Below, in pieces: positions 36,566 through 44,802 of a stretch of DNA of 47,242 nt. The notes beneath the pieces were generated by a model that had not been told where the DNA came from, searched no databases, and saw only the letters and a list, made by a program, of their open reading frames with translations. Each line of letters opens with the position of its first letter. Position 1 is the stretch's first letter. Source of the DNA: Thermoplasmata archaeon (lineage in GTDB: Archaea > Thermoplasmatota > Thermoplasmata > Lutacidiplasmatales > UBA184); assembly GCA_021828085.1 (NCBI GenBank), contig JAKATE010000001.1:1-47242 (forward strand), read 5' to 3'. The translations under genes and the position numbers were made by a program.

Positions 36566-36695
36566 CGGGGACTGCGGCCCCCCGGTCGCCGCATCGCGGG
36601 AGGGGAGGCGGCGAGCGGACCCGGGAGGGAGGAAAAGCGTTGCCGTGCGCCCTCGCGCGCGCCCCGGGCCCGCGCGCACCCCCGGGAGAACCTCG

Positions 36696-36716
36696 TTCTA
36701 TAAGAAATCTTATGAA
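36696..36716. promoter_or_regulatory. AT-rich bidirectional promoter element between trpS and the giant surface-protein operon
   Basis: TTCTATAAGAAATCTTATGAA. It sits about 35-50 nt upstream of ATG 36749, which is preceded by GGAG at 36740-36743. It is also about 20-35 nt from GTG 36679 on the other strand. Confidence 0.45.
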
Positions 36717-36748
36717 CCCCCTCCCCGCTCGCTCCGCTGGAGCCGCCG

Positions 36749-39700
36749 ATGAGGAACCGATGGCTGCGTTGGATCGCCCTGGCCGTGCCGCTCTTGCTGC
36801 TTCCCACCACCCTCCTGCCCCTCGCCTCCCTGGGGCTCGGGACCGCCCTTCCCGGCGCCGGGACGGACCCGGCCGAGCTCGTGCGCGCAGGCACCGACGC
36901 GCCACTCAGCGCGCAGACGGACGTGAACGTGAGCATCGCGCCCCCGTCCTCCGATCTCGAGGCTGGCGCTTCCCTCGCGCTCCAGGCCGAGGTCACGCGC
37001 GTCGACCCCGCGTACAACATCACCATCGAGAGCTACCATTGGAGCCTCAGCAACGCTTCCGGAGGAGCGAGCCTCTCGCCGGCCTACGAGGCCCGCACCA
37101 CACTCTCGACCCTCTCCACGACGCCCGCCTCCAGGCTCCAGGTCGAGCTCACCGTCACCGGCTGGATCGATGACCTCTACTTCACCCCCTTCTCCGACGG
37201 GGCGACGGCCGTCTTCGCCGTCCTGGCCCCGCTGAGCCTCGGGCCGCTCAACGCGACCCCGGATCCCGCCACGCCGCAGGAGGAGGTCCACCTCTCGGTC
37301 CCGATCTCCGGCGGCGCCGCCCCCTACCAGCTCCAATGGTCCTTCGGAGACGGGACCCGGGCGGAGACCACGGCCTCCGGGGCCGGGACGGCGGAGATCT
37401 CGCACCTCTTCGCGGCCGGCACCTTCCTCCCCTCGGTCACGATCACCGACGGGGACGGGCAGAACTCCACGACCAGTTCCTCGAGCTCCGTCGTCGTGGG
37501 GGAGGCGCTCCGGGCGAGCGTCGCCGGGCCGCCCGGAGGGGACGTGGGCGCCCCCCAGGTCTTCCACGCCTCGGTGGCGGGGGGGACCCCGCCGTACTCG
37601 TACCTCTGGACCGACTCGGAGGGCGCCAGCACACCGGGGAACTCGAGCTTCTCCATCGTCCCCGCGCAACCCGGGGTCCTGGGCGTCTCCCTCGAGGTCA
37701 CCGACTCGGCCGGGAACCAGTTCCTGGCCCCCACCTTCGATGTCCAGGTCCGCCCGAGCCCGACCCTTACGCTCCGTTCGTCCCTCCCGGCCGTGGATCT
37801 CGGGGAGGCGCTGCCGGAGCTGATCTCGATCCAGGGGGGAACACCCCCGTACTCTGTCAGCTGGCAGCCCAGCTCGCAGGCGCCAGAGCTGACAGGGACC
37901 TTCGCCGCCCCGGGGAACTACTCCGAGCCGTTCACCCCTTCCAGCCCGGGAGAGGTGACCGCGGTCGCCAACGGGGAGGACGCGGCCGGAGAGGCGTTCG
38001 GGAGCGTCTCGATCGTCGGCCGGGTGTTGCCGGACCCCACCGCCAGCGTGACCGGACCCGCCGGCCCCCTCGTCTCCGGGGAACCCTTCACCCTCGATGC
38101 CCTCCTTTCCGGCGGCGTCGCCCCGTACAGCTGGAGCTGGCAGTTCACCCGGCCGGTCTCCGCGCTGAGCCCGACGGAGGGGTCCTCCACCGCCGCGGGC
38201 CTGGTCTCCTTCCAGGGGGAGAGCCTGGGAACCGGGACCCTCGAGGCGCTCTTCGAGGCCACGGACGCCCAGGGATTCAACTTCTCGGCCACGCTCGGGC
38301 TCAGCGAGGTCCCGCCGCTCTCCGCGAGCTTCCTCCTGCCCCTTCCTCCGGCCGAGCAGGGGGTCCCGCTCCCGCTCTCGCTGGAAGTGACCGGAGGAAC
38401 GCCCCCTTACACGGCGGAGCTCGTGGGCTCGGACGGCTCGAGCGTCTCCGCCTCCCTGCCGGGCCCTGGCTTCTTCCCCCTCCTCTGGACCCCGCGAGGG
38501 GCCGGCCCGGTGGAGCTCCGGACGACCGTCGAGGACACGGCCGGCCGGACGGCCTACGCCAACGCTTCCCTCGTGGTCGCCTCCCCACCCACCCTTTCCC
38601 TCACGCTCCCCCGCGATCCCACGGATGTGGGTCCCTACCCGCTCACCGTCGTGGTCTCGGGCGGCGCCCCTCCCTTCTCCGGCTTCCTCAACGCCTCCTC
38701 CGGCCCGAGCCTCCCGATCTCGGGGTCCGGCCCCTCCTTCCCGCTGGATCTCCTCTGGAGCGCTCCCGGGGAGGTCTACCTCCGTGTCGAACTCACCGAC
38801 GCGCTGGGGGGACGGGCCTACGCGCAGCAGAGCCTCGCGGTCTACCCCCGCCCGACGCCCGCGCTGGTGCTCTCGAGCGACCGGCTGGACGTGGGGGAGC
38901 CCTTCGAGGCCTCGCTCTCGGTGTCCGGGGGCACGGGGAGCTGGCTGAGCTCCCAGGTGAGCTTCGGGGACGGCACTGGGAGCCAGAGCGCCCCCGCCGA
39001 GCACAGCTACTCCGCTCCTGGGAGCTATCTCGTCACGGGTACGGTGGAGGACAGTGCCGGGGCGTGGGCGAACGCGACCCCCGAGACGGTAGAGGTCAAC
39101 GCGGACCCCACCGTCGCTACCGGGCTCCGGCAGCCGGGAGTCGACGCCGGCCTCGCGGCGAGCTTCTCGAGCCAGGTCTCCTTCGGCACGCCCCCGTACA
39201 GCTATCAATGGGGCTTCGGGGATGGCTCCGGGAGCAGCGAGGCCAACCCCACCCACATCTTCAGCTCGCCCGGGCTCTACGAGGTCAGCCTCACCGTCAC
39301 CGACTCGGCCGGGGTGACGGTGGCCGCCCCGACGCTCAACGTCTCGGTGGAGTCACCCCCCCAGCTCTGGATCGGGGCGAACGCCACCTACGAGGAGGTG
39401 GGACAACCGCTCACCCTCTCGGCCCAGCTCATCGGGGGTGCGCTCCCGGAGAGCGTCCTCTGGTCCCTTCCCGGGGGCCGCTCGGCGGGCGGAACCCAGG
39501 TCGGCTGGATCCCCGCCTCCCCCGGCGAGGTCGAAGTGCGCGCCTCCCTGAAGGACGCGGCGGGCGACTACGCCTTCGCCGAGCTCAATCTCACCGTGGC
39601 CCCGGCCCTTTCGCTCGGTCCCGTCCTTCTCCCCTCGCCGGTCCTCGAGTCCGGCCGGAGCTGGGCGCTCCTCGCCAACGTCGCCGGAGGCGCCGGGGGC

Positions 39701-42097
39701 CTCACGTACCTCTGGAACGTGGGGGGCCAGCAGTTCCAGGGGCTCGGTCTCTCGAGCCTCTCCTACGTCCCCGGGACGCCCGGGGAGACCAACGGCTCCC
39801 TCAGCGTCACCGATGAGCTCGGCGCCCGGGTCAGCGCCGCGTTCACCTTCCGGGTCGTCGGGCCCCCGAGCCTGACGCTGAGCTCCCCCCAGGCCCGGCT
39901 CGACGCCGGTGAGGAGGCCACGGTCGTCGCCACGGTCCAGGGGGGCTTCGGGAACCTGAGCTACCGCTGGTCCCTGCCCCCCGGGGCCTCCGGGCTCGGG
40001 AGCGGGGCGGAGGCCTCGCTGACCTTCCCGGCGGCCGGGGACTATCCGGTCGGCGTCACCGTCCTGGACGCGCTGGGGGGACAGGCGAGCGCGCTCCTGG
40101 TCCTCTCCGTCTCCTCCGCGCTGACCGTCTCGCTCCCCGCGGGTGCGCCCGCAGATACCGGCCTCGCGATTCCGATCGTCCCCTCCATCGGAGGGGGGAC
40201 GGGGCCCTTCCAGCTCGACTGGACCCTGCCACCAGGAGCCACGCAGGCCAGCAACGACACCTTCACGTTCGCCACACCGGGGACCTTCTCGGTGGAGGTG
40301 GAGGTCCACGATGCCACGGGGGCCACGGCCTCGGCCCGGGAGAACCTCAGTGTGATGCCGGCTCCCTCGGTCAGCTTCCCGGTCCTCCCGCTCAAGGCCG
40401 CCGCCGGCGTCCCCACCCCTTTCGAGGCCCTGCTGGAGGGAGGCACGTCCCCCTGGAACGCCGACTTCGAGGTGAGCGGGACGGAGAGCTTTCCGGGGGT
40501 GTTCGCCAACGTCACCTTCCCCGATCCAGGGACCTATCCGATGCTCTTCGTGGCCACGGACCTGGCCGGGGCCCGCCTGGTGCGCTCCTGGAACGTCAGC
40601 GTCCTCGCCGACCCGCTGGAACTGGCTGGGAACGTGAGCGAGCCCGCCGGGATCGTCCCGTTCGCTCCAGTGGTCCAGGGCGTGTGGAGCGGCGGGGTGG
40701 GGCCTTTCGAGGGAAGGATCGAGTGGAACGGCACCTTCCTCTCCGGCTGGGAACCGCTCGGGACCACCGGTCCTTGGAACGTCTCCGTTCCCCTCTCGTC
40801 CCCGGGCCCGGTCCGGATCGCCCTCTGGGTCGAGGATTCCCTCGGAGCCGTCGCCGAGCGCTCGTTCCAGCTCGAAGGGCTCGCCTCCCCTCCCGACCCG
40901 GAACTCTCCGCCCCGACGGGCGAGGCCGGCCTCCCGGTCACGGTGAGCGCCGAGTGGCCGAGCCCCTGGATCGCTCCCGGGGAGCGGGTATCCGAGCGCT
41001 GGTGGGGACCCGGCCTCGCCCCCTCCTCGGGGCCTTCGGCCACCTTCCTCGAGAACGCCAGCGGGGTGTACTCTCTCTCGTTCTCCGTCGTCCTCCTGGA
41101 CGAAAGCGGCGCCGCCCTGGAGAACCTCACCTTCCGGGCCCTCCTCCGCGTCGAGCCCGGGCCCCCCGTGGCGCTCGTGCCGGCCGGGGACCCCTCGGCA
41201 GGGTACGCCGGGGAGAACCTCTCGCTCCTCTTCGCCAGTGTCGACTCCTGGGGGAACGTGAACACCTCCGCGGGGGGGAACGTGACCCTCACCCCCTCAG
41301 GGGCCGGTTCCGTCGGGGTAGGGGACCTCTCCGGTGGCTACGTCCGCTTCCCGGTGAGCTCCACCTCCGCGGGGAACGTGAGCTACGCGGTCTCCGCCCC
41401 CGGCCTCCAGGGCACGAGCGTTGCGATCCTCTGGACGGCCGACGCGATGAGGGGGACGATCCGTGTCCTCTCGTGGAGCCGGGAAGGCTCCTCGCTCTGG
41501 CTCAACCTGAGCGTCGTCGACGTCTTCGGGAACCCGCTCTCCGGCTACCCCGTCGAGGCGAGCGCACCGGGGCTCCCGACCGTGGGCGGGACCGCCGAGG
41601 GCGGGACGCTCTCGCTCCTCCTCCCCGGGGCGGCCTCCGTGGGGGAGGTGACCCTCACCGGGCAGCACGGGGCCTCGACCACCCTGGAGCTACCGGGTCC
41701 GGCGACCCCCGAGGGGGGCTGGGTGGAGAACGCGCTCCTCGCCCTCTTCCTCGGGGGGGTCCTCGGCGCCGCGCTCTTCTTCCGGGTGCGCTCCTGGCGG
41801 CGCCGTCGCCGCCCCCCGGAGGACCGGACTCCTGACCCGCTCCTCGAGGCCGTCGAGGAGTCGCCCGGTGAGGAGGTCGGGGCCCTGGGGGAGATCGCCC
41901 GTCTCCGCGGCTGGAGCGGGAACGATGTGGAGGGAGGGCTCTCCGCCCTTGAGCGCGCCGGCCAGGTCCACCGCGAGCCCGACGGGGCCGGGGGTACGCG
42001 CTACTACCCGGGACCGGCGCCGACCCCTGGAGAGCCGGCCACGACCGATCCCCCGGCCCCCGGGGAGGAAGCCCGGACGGAGGCGGAGCATGCGTGA
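36749..42097 (+). CDS. giant (1782-aa) secreted PKD/Ig-like repeat surface protein with C-terminal transmembrane anchor and ~100-aa cytoplasmic tail
   Basis: Signal peptide MRNRWLRWIALAVPLLLLPTTLLPLASLG. At least 14 hand-counted copies of a GG-x-x-P-Y/F-x-x-x-W motif about 85-100 aa apart, three with the PKD-type FGDG (WSFGDG, VSFGDG, WGFGDG). 30 hand-counted N-x-S/T sequons. Big-like domains near the end (SVDSWGNV, VVDVFGNP). TM helix ALLALFLGGVLGAALFF at 41732-41782, then RRRRR. Confidence 0.85.
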   Translation: MRNRWLRWIALAVPLLLLPTTLLPLASLGLGTALPGAGTDPAELVRAGTDAPLSAQTDVNVSIAPPSSDLEAGASLALQAEVTRVDPAYNITIESYHWSLSNASGGASLSPAYEARTTLSTLSTTPASRLQVELTVTGWIDDLYFTPFSDGATAVFAVLAPLSLGPLNATPDPATPQEEVHLSVPISGGAAPYQLQWSFGDGTRAETTASGAGTAEISHLFAAGTFLPSVTITDGDGQNSTTSSSSSVVVGEALRASVAGPPGGDVGAPQVFHASVAGGTPPYSYLWTDSEGASTPGNSSFSIVPAQPGVLGVSLEVTDSAGNQFLAPTFDVQVRPSPTLTLRSSLPAVDLGEALPELISIQGGTPPYSVSWQPSSQAPELTGTFAAPGNYSEPFTPSSPGEVTAVANGEDAAGEAFGSVSIVGRVLPDPTASVTGPAGPLVSGEPFTLDALLSGGVAPYSWSWQFTRPVSALSPTEGSSTAAGLVSFQGESLGTGTLEALFEATDAQGFNFSATLGLSEVPPLSASFLLPLPPAEQGVPLPLSLEVTGGTPPYTAELVGSDGSSVSASLPGPGFFPLLWTPRGAGPVELRTTVEDTAGRTAYANASLVVASPPTLSLTLPRDPTDVGPYPLTVVVSGGAPPFSGFLNASSGPSLPISGSGPSFPLDLLWSAPGEVYLRVELTDALGGRAYAQQSLAVYPRPTPALVLSSDRLDVGEPFEASLSVSGGTGSWLSSQVSFGDGTGSQSAPAEHSYSAPGSYLVTGTVEDSAGAWANATPETVEVNADPTVATGLRQPGVDAGLAASFSSQVSFGTPPYSYQWGFGDGSGSSEANPTHIFSSPGLYEVSLTVTDSAGVTVAAPTLNVSVESPPQLWIGANATYEEVGQPLTLSAQLIGGALPESVLWSLPGGRSAGGTQVGWIPASPGEVEVRASLKDAAGDYAFAELNLTVAPALSLGPVLLPSPVLESGRSWALLANVAGGAGGLTYLWNVGGQQFQGLGLSSLSYVPGTPGETNGSLSVTDELGARVSAAFTFRVVGPPSLTLSSPQARLDAGEEATVVATVQGGFGNLSYRWSLPPGASGLGSGAEASLTFPAAGDYPVGVTVLDALGGQASALLVLSVSSALTVSLPAGAPADTGLAIPIVPSIGGGTGPFQLDWTLPPGATQASNDTFTFATPGTFSVEVEVHDATGATASARENLSVMPAPSVSFPVLPLKAAAGVPTPFEALLEGGTSPWNADFEVSGTESFPGVFANVTFPDPGTYPMLFVATDLAGARLVRSWNVSVLADPLELAGNVSEPAGIVPFAPVVQGVWSGGVGPFEGRIEWNGTFLSGWEPLGTTGPWNVSVPLSSPGPVRIALWVEDSLGAVAERSFQLEGLASPPDPELSAPTGEAGLPVTVSAEWPSPWIAPGERVSERWWGPGLAPSSGPSATFLENASGVYSLSFSVVLLDESGAALENLTFRALLRVEPGPPVALVPAGDPSAGYAGENLSLLFASVDSWGNVNTSAGGNVTLTPSGAGSVGVGDLSGGYVRFPVSSTSAGNVSYAVSAPGLQGTSVAILWTADAMRGTIRVLSWSREGSSLWLNLSVVDVFGNPLSGYPVEASAPGLPTVGGTAEGGTLSLLLPGAASVGEVTLTGQHGASTTLELPGPATPEGGWVENALLALFLGGVLGAALFFRVRSWRRRRRPPEDRTPDPLLEAVEESPGEEVGALGEIARLRGWSGNDVEGGLSALERAGQVHREPDGAGGTRYYPGPAPTPGEPATTDPPAPGEEARTEAEHA

Positions 42098-42500
42098 GCA
42101 GGCCCCGGTCTCCCGGGTCGCACTCGCCACCCTCCTCATCGCCGGTCTGTTCCTCGCGGGCCTCTCGATCGGGGGCGCGCCCCGGGAGACCCCTCCCGCG
42201 CGCCCCTCCGCGGGCGGGCTCGCTGCCGTGCATCCGGAGCTCGTCCACCCGTCGGACAACGCCACGGGCAACCTCACCGCCGCGCTCAACCGGGTCCTCT
42301 TCCTCACCGGGCTCGTCTCCGGCGCGGTGGTGACCCTCGTCTGGGTCCGCGTGGCGCTGAGCTGGTTCTCGCACGACCCGACGCGCAAGGTGCAGGCGAA
42401 GGAGCGCGCGCGCGACGCGCTGCTCGGCAGCCTGGTCCTCCTCGCGGCCGTCACGGGACTCGCCTGGGGGCTCGCCCACTGGGTCCTCACGGGGGTCTGA
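42090..42500 (+). CDS. VirB2/TrbC-like pilin candidate (signal peptide + two-helix hairpin)
   Basis: ATG 42090 overlaps the upstream stop by 8 nt. Signal peptide VALATLLIAGLFLAGLSIGGAP. Helix 1 LTAALNRVLFLTGLVSGAVVTLVWVRVALSWF, basic loop SHDPTRKVQAKERARD, helix 2 ALLGSLVLLAAVTGLAWGLAHWVLTGV. Assignment rests on topology and context only. Confidence 0.6.
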   Translation: MREQAPVSRVALATLLIAGLFLAGLSIGGAPRETPPARPSAGGLAAVHPELVHPSDNATGNLTAALNRVLFLTGLVSGAVVTLVWVRVALSWFSHDPTRKVQAKERARDALLGSLVLLAAVTGLAWGLAHWVLTGV

Positions 42501-42511
42501 GCGGGGAGCTC

Positions 42512-43672
42512 ATGGGGATCGGGGCGCTGGTCAAGGCGGTCCTCTTCGCCCTCTTCGGCGCGCTCTCCGCCGCGGTCTCGCTCGCGGTCGAGCCGACCTA
42601 CGACCGGCTCTTCGTCCCGGAGATGAGCCCGTCAGCGCTCTTCGCCCCCTGGACCGGGGGCGGTCTCTTCGGCGGGGCCGTCCGCATGAGCTCCTTCCTC
42701 CTCGTCAACGTCGTCGACCCGTTCGCCGTCCTGGTCATCGCGGGCGTGGGGGTGCTCTACCTCGCCCGGGCCAGCCTCCCCTCGCTCGCGGGAAGGCTCC
42801 AGGACCTGGGTCCCCGTCTCCTCCTCGGGATCCTCATCGCCAACCTCGCGGTCCCCCTCGCCCAGGTCATCTTCCTCCTCGGCGCCGCGGTCTACCCGGT
42901 CTTCTACGCCTACCAGGGAGGGGCCTGGCAGAGCTACGCCAACCTCGTCGGGCCGGCCGGGCTCAGCGTCGCCTGGGACAACGGGCTGCTCGCGCTCATC
43001 GGGGCCCTGGCGCTGCTCGGGATGACGCTCCTCCTCGCCTTCCTCGTCGCCTTCCGGGACGCCCTCCTCGCGGTCCTCCTCGTCCTGTTGCCGATCTTCA
43101 CGCTCTTCTGGCCCTGGCCGTTCGCCTCCTCGCTCGCCTCCCGCGGTTGGAAGCTCTTCGTCGAGATGACCTTCCTGCCGTGCTTCCTGGTGGTCCCCCT
43201 GGCCCTCGCCGTCGGGTCCCAGAGCGTGCTCATCGTCCTCGCCCTCTTCGGTCTCGCCCTGGGCATGCCGAGCCTCCTCTCCCTCGGAGGGCGGGGACTC
43301 GGAGCCCTGGGCTCCCCCTCCCCCGCCGGGTTCGTGGCGGCCGGGCTCGGGCGAGGTCCGGGGATGGGGGTGGATTCAGTGGGGGGAGTGGCCCAGCACG
43401 GCACCCGTTCCTTCCGGTCCTCCCTCCCCCGCGGGGGTGCTGGAGCACGTCCCACGGCCCCCTGGCCCTCCGCCGCGCTGGGGCCGGCCTCGGCCGTGGT
43501 CTGGGGGATCGGGGAAGGCGTGGGCAAGCTGGCCCATCATCTGGGGAGCGCCGCGAACCGGCATCTCGGGCACGGCGGCGGGGGCTCCGGAGCGTCTCCC
43601 GCGATGAGGACGCGCCCCCCCTCCGCGCTGCGGGACGTCCCGGGAGCGGCCCGAGGGCGTCCCGTGGCATGA
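42512..43672 (+). CDS. polytopic (~7 helix) membrane protein, VirB6/TrbL/CedA-like candidate, with G/P/R/A-rich C-terminal tail
   Basis: ATG lies 11 nt after the previous stop, with GGGGAG upstream. About seven hydrophobic helices in the first ~270 aa. The last ~110 aa are low complexity. Confidence 0.6.
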   Translation: MGIGALVKAVLFALFGALSAAVSLAVEPTYDRLFVPEMSPSALFAPWTGGGLFGGAVRMSSFLLVNVVDPFAVLVIAGVGVLYLARASLPSLAGRLQDLGPRLLLGILIANLAVPLAQVIFLLGAAVYPVFYAYQGGAWQSYANLVGPAGLSVAWDNGLLALIGALALLGMTLLLAFLVAFRDALLAVLLVLLPIFTLFWPWPFASSLASRGWKLFVEMTFLPCFLVVPLALAVGSQSVLIVLALFGLALGMPSLLSLGGRGLGALGSPSPAGFVAAGLGRGPGMGVDSVGGVAQHGTRSFRSSLPRGGAGARPTAPWPSAALGPASAVVWGIGEGVGKLAHHLGSAANRHLGHGGGGSGASPAMRTRPPSALRDVPGAARGRPVA

Positions 43673-43678
43673 ACGGAG

Positions 43679-44488
43679 ATGTCCCGGGCGCTGGAGGTGC
43701 CCTTGCCGGAACGGCAGGGGCACCGGATGCTGATGGGTCCCTTCCAGGGGCCCACCGAGCTCCTCCGCGCCCTCCTCGGAGCCGGCGCCGGGCTCCTCCT
43801 TGCGCTCGCGGTGGGCCCGATCGAGGGCCTGCTACTGGCCGCTGCGTTCCTCGGGCTCAACCTGGTCCGCTGGAGGGACGAACCTCTCTGGGACCTCCTG
43901 CGCGATGCGCTCGCCTACCAGCTGCGTCAGGCGCTGACCTCGAGCCGCGCCCCACCCGCGGCGCTCGGCATCGACACCGACCTCCTGGTCGACCCGGAGG
44001 GAGGACGCTGGGCCGCCTGGGAGGCCCCCCTGCTCCCCGTCTCGGGCCACGACGTGAGGGACCTCTTCGCCGAGGCGCAGCGGCTCCTGGCCGCGCTTCC
44101 CGCGGGATGGGGGGAGGTCTTCCTGGCCCGCCGCGCCGTCCCCTGGACGGCCGTTCTCCCCTCCGGTCCTCCACGCCCCGCCGCCGAGCGGCTCGCGTGG
44201 GAAGGTTACCGGACGCTGCTGCGCGAGCTCACGCGGAACTGCTACCGCCACCGGCTGTTCGTGCTCGTGCCCGCCCGGTCCCTGGCACCCCCCAAGGACC
44301 CGGACGGGCCGGCGCCCTTCCATCCACCGGCGGGTTTCACCCGGGTCCGCGGCGCGGAACTTCGGGTCGTCGCTCGCTGGGACGAACCCATCGTATCCCC
44401 CGAGCCCGTCCGTCTCCCCCCTTCGCACCTGCCCTCGCCTCCCCCGGGAACCCGTTCGGGCCGTGGACCGGCTACGCTACCGCGGTAG
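43679..44488 (+). CDS. membrane-anchored protein, VirB3-like N-terminal hairpin plus soluble domain
   Basis: ATG lies 6 nt after the previous stop. LLRALLGAGAGLLLALAVGPIEGLLLAAAFLGLNLVRW is a helical hairpin. The soluble part (GIDTDLLVDPEGGRWAAWEAPLLPVSGHDVRDLFAEAQRLLAALPAGWGEVFL) resembles VirB4 N-domain-style sequence. The last ~25 codons are P/S/R low complexity. Confidence 0.5.
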   Translation: MSRALEVPLPERQGHRMLMGPFQGPTELLRALLGAGAGLLLALAVGPIEGLLLAAAFLGLNLVRWRDEPLWDLLRDALAYQLRQALTSSRAPPAALGIDTDLLVDPEGGRWAAWEAPLLPVSGHDVRDLFAEAQRLLAALPAGWGEVFLARRAVPWTAVLPSGPPRPAAERLAWEGYRTLLRELTRNCYRHRLFVLVPARSLAPPKDPDGPAPFHPPAGFTRVRGAELRVVARWDEPIVSPEPVRLPPSHLPSPPPGTRSGRGPATLPR

Positions 44489-44802
44489 CCCTCCTTTCCG
44501 GGGCGCTCGGCTTCTACGGCGTCGCCGAAGGGACGACCCCCTCGCTCGTCCTCCTCGTCTGGGTCCTCCTCGTGGCCCGGATGGGGAACTCGCCTCCGGC
44601 GGGACTGCCGAGCGGGGGGAAGTACGGGGGGGCCCGCTGGGCCCCCGCGGTCGCGGCCGGGCTTCTCGGGGCTACACTGTACCTCGACCCGGCCCTTCCG
44701 CTGGGGGAGGGGGCGCGCACCCTTCTCCTCGCCTGCGTCTCCGCCGGCCTCGCTTGGGCGCTCGCCCCCCGGGGGTCCTTCCACGCCGGGGAGGGGGGCT
44801 GA
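44461..44802 (+). CDS. small multi-helix membrane protein; 5' boundary undefined (no canonical start before first helix)
   Basis: Frame 1 reads PWTGYATAVALLSGALGFYGVAEGTTPSLVLLVWVLLVARMG...WAPAVAAGLLGATLYL...ARTLLLACVSAGLAWALAP with 3-4 helices. The first in-frame ATG/GTG/TTG is GTG 44572. The stop TGA 44800-44802 shares its A with the next ATG. Confidence 0.45.
   Translation, partial: PWTGYATAVALLSGALGFYGVAEGTTPSLVLLVWVLLVARMGNSPPAGLPSGGKYGGARWAPAVAAGLLGATLYLDPALPLGEGARTLLLACVSAGLAWALAPRGSFHAGEGG

Noticed and set aside
35381-36679. Longer trpS (GTG 36679, 432 aa)
   Set aside because: Not fully excluded, because the promoter distance fits. However, the extra 38 aa are basic low complexity, and ATG 36565 gives the usual short lead-in to the FKVTPW motif. 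It is reported as an alternative only.
36710-39816. 848-aa antisense ORF (36710..39256) and 826-aa off-frame + ORF (37336..39816) within the giant gene
   Set aside because: Both are R/G/P/E-rich shadows. The 36749 frame has a signal peptide, regular PKD-like repeats and sequons.
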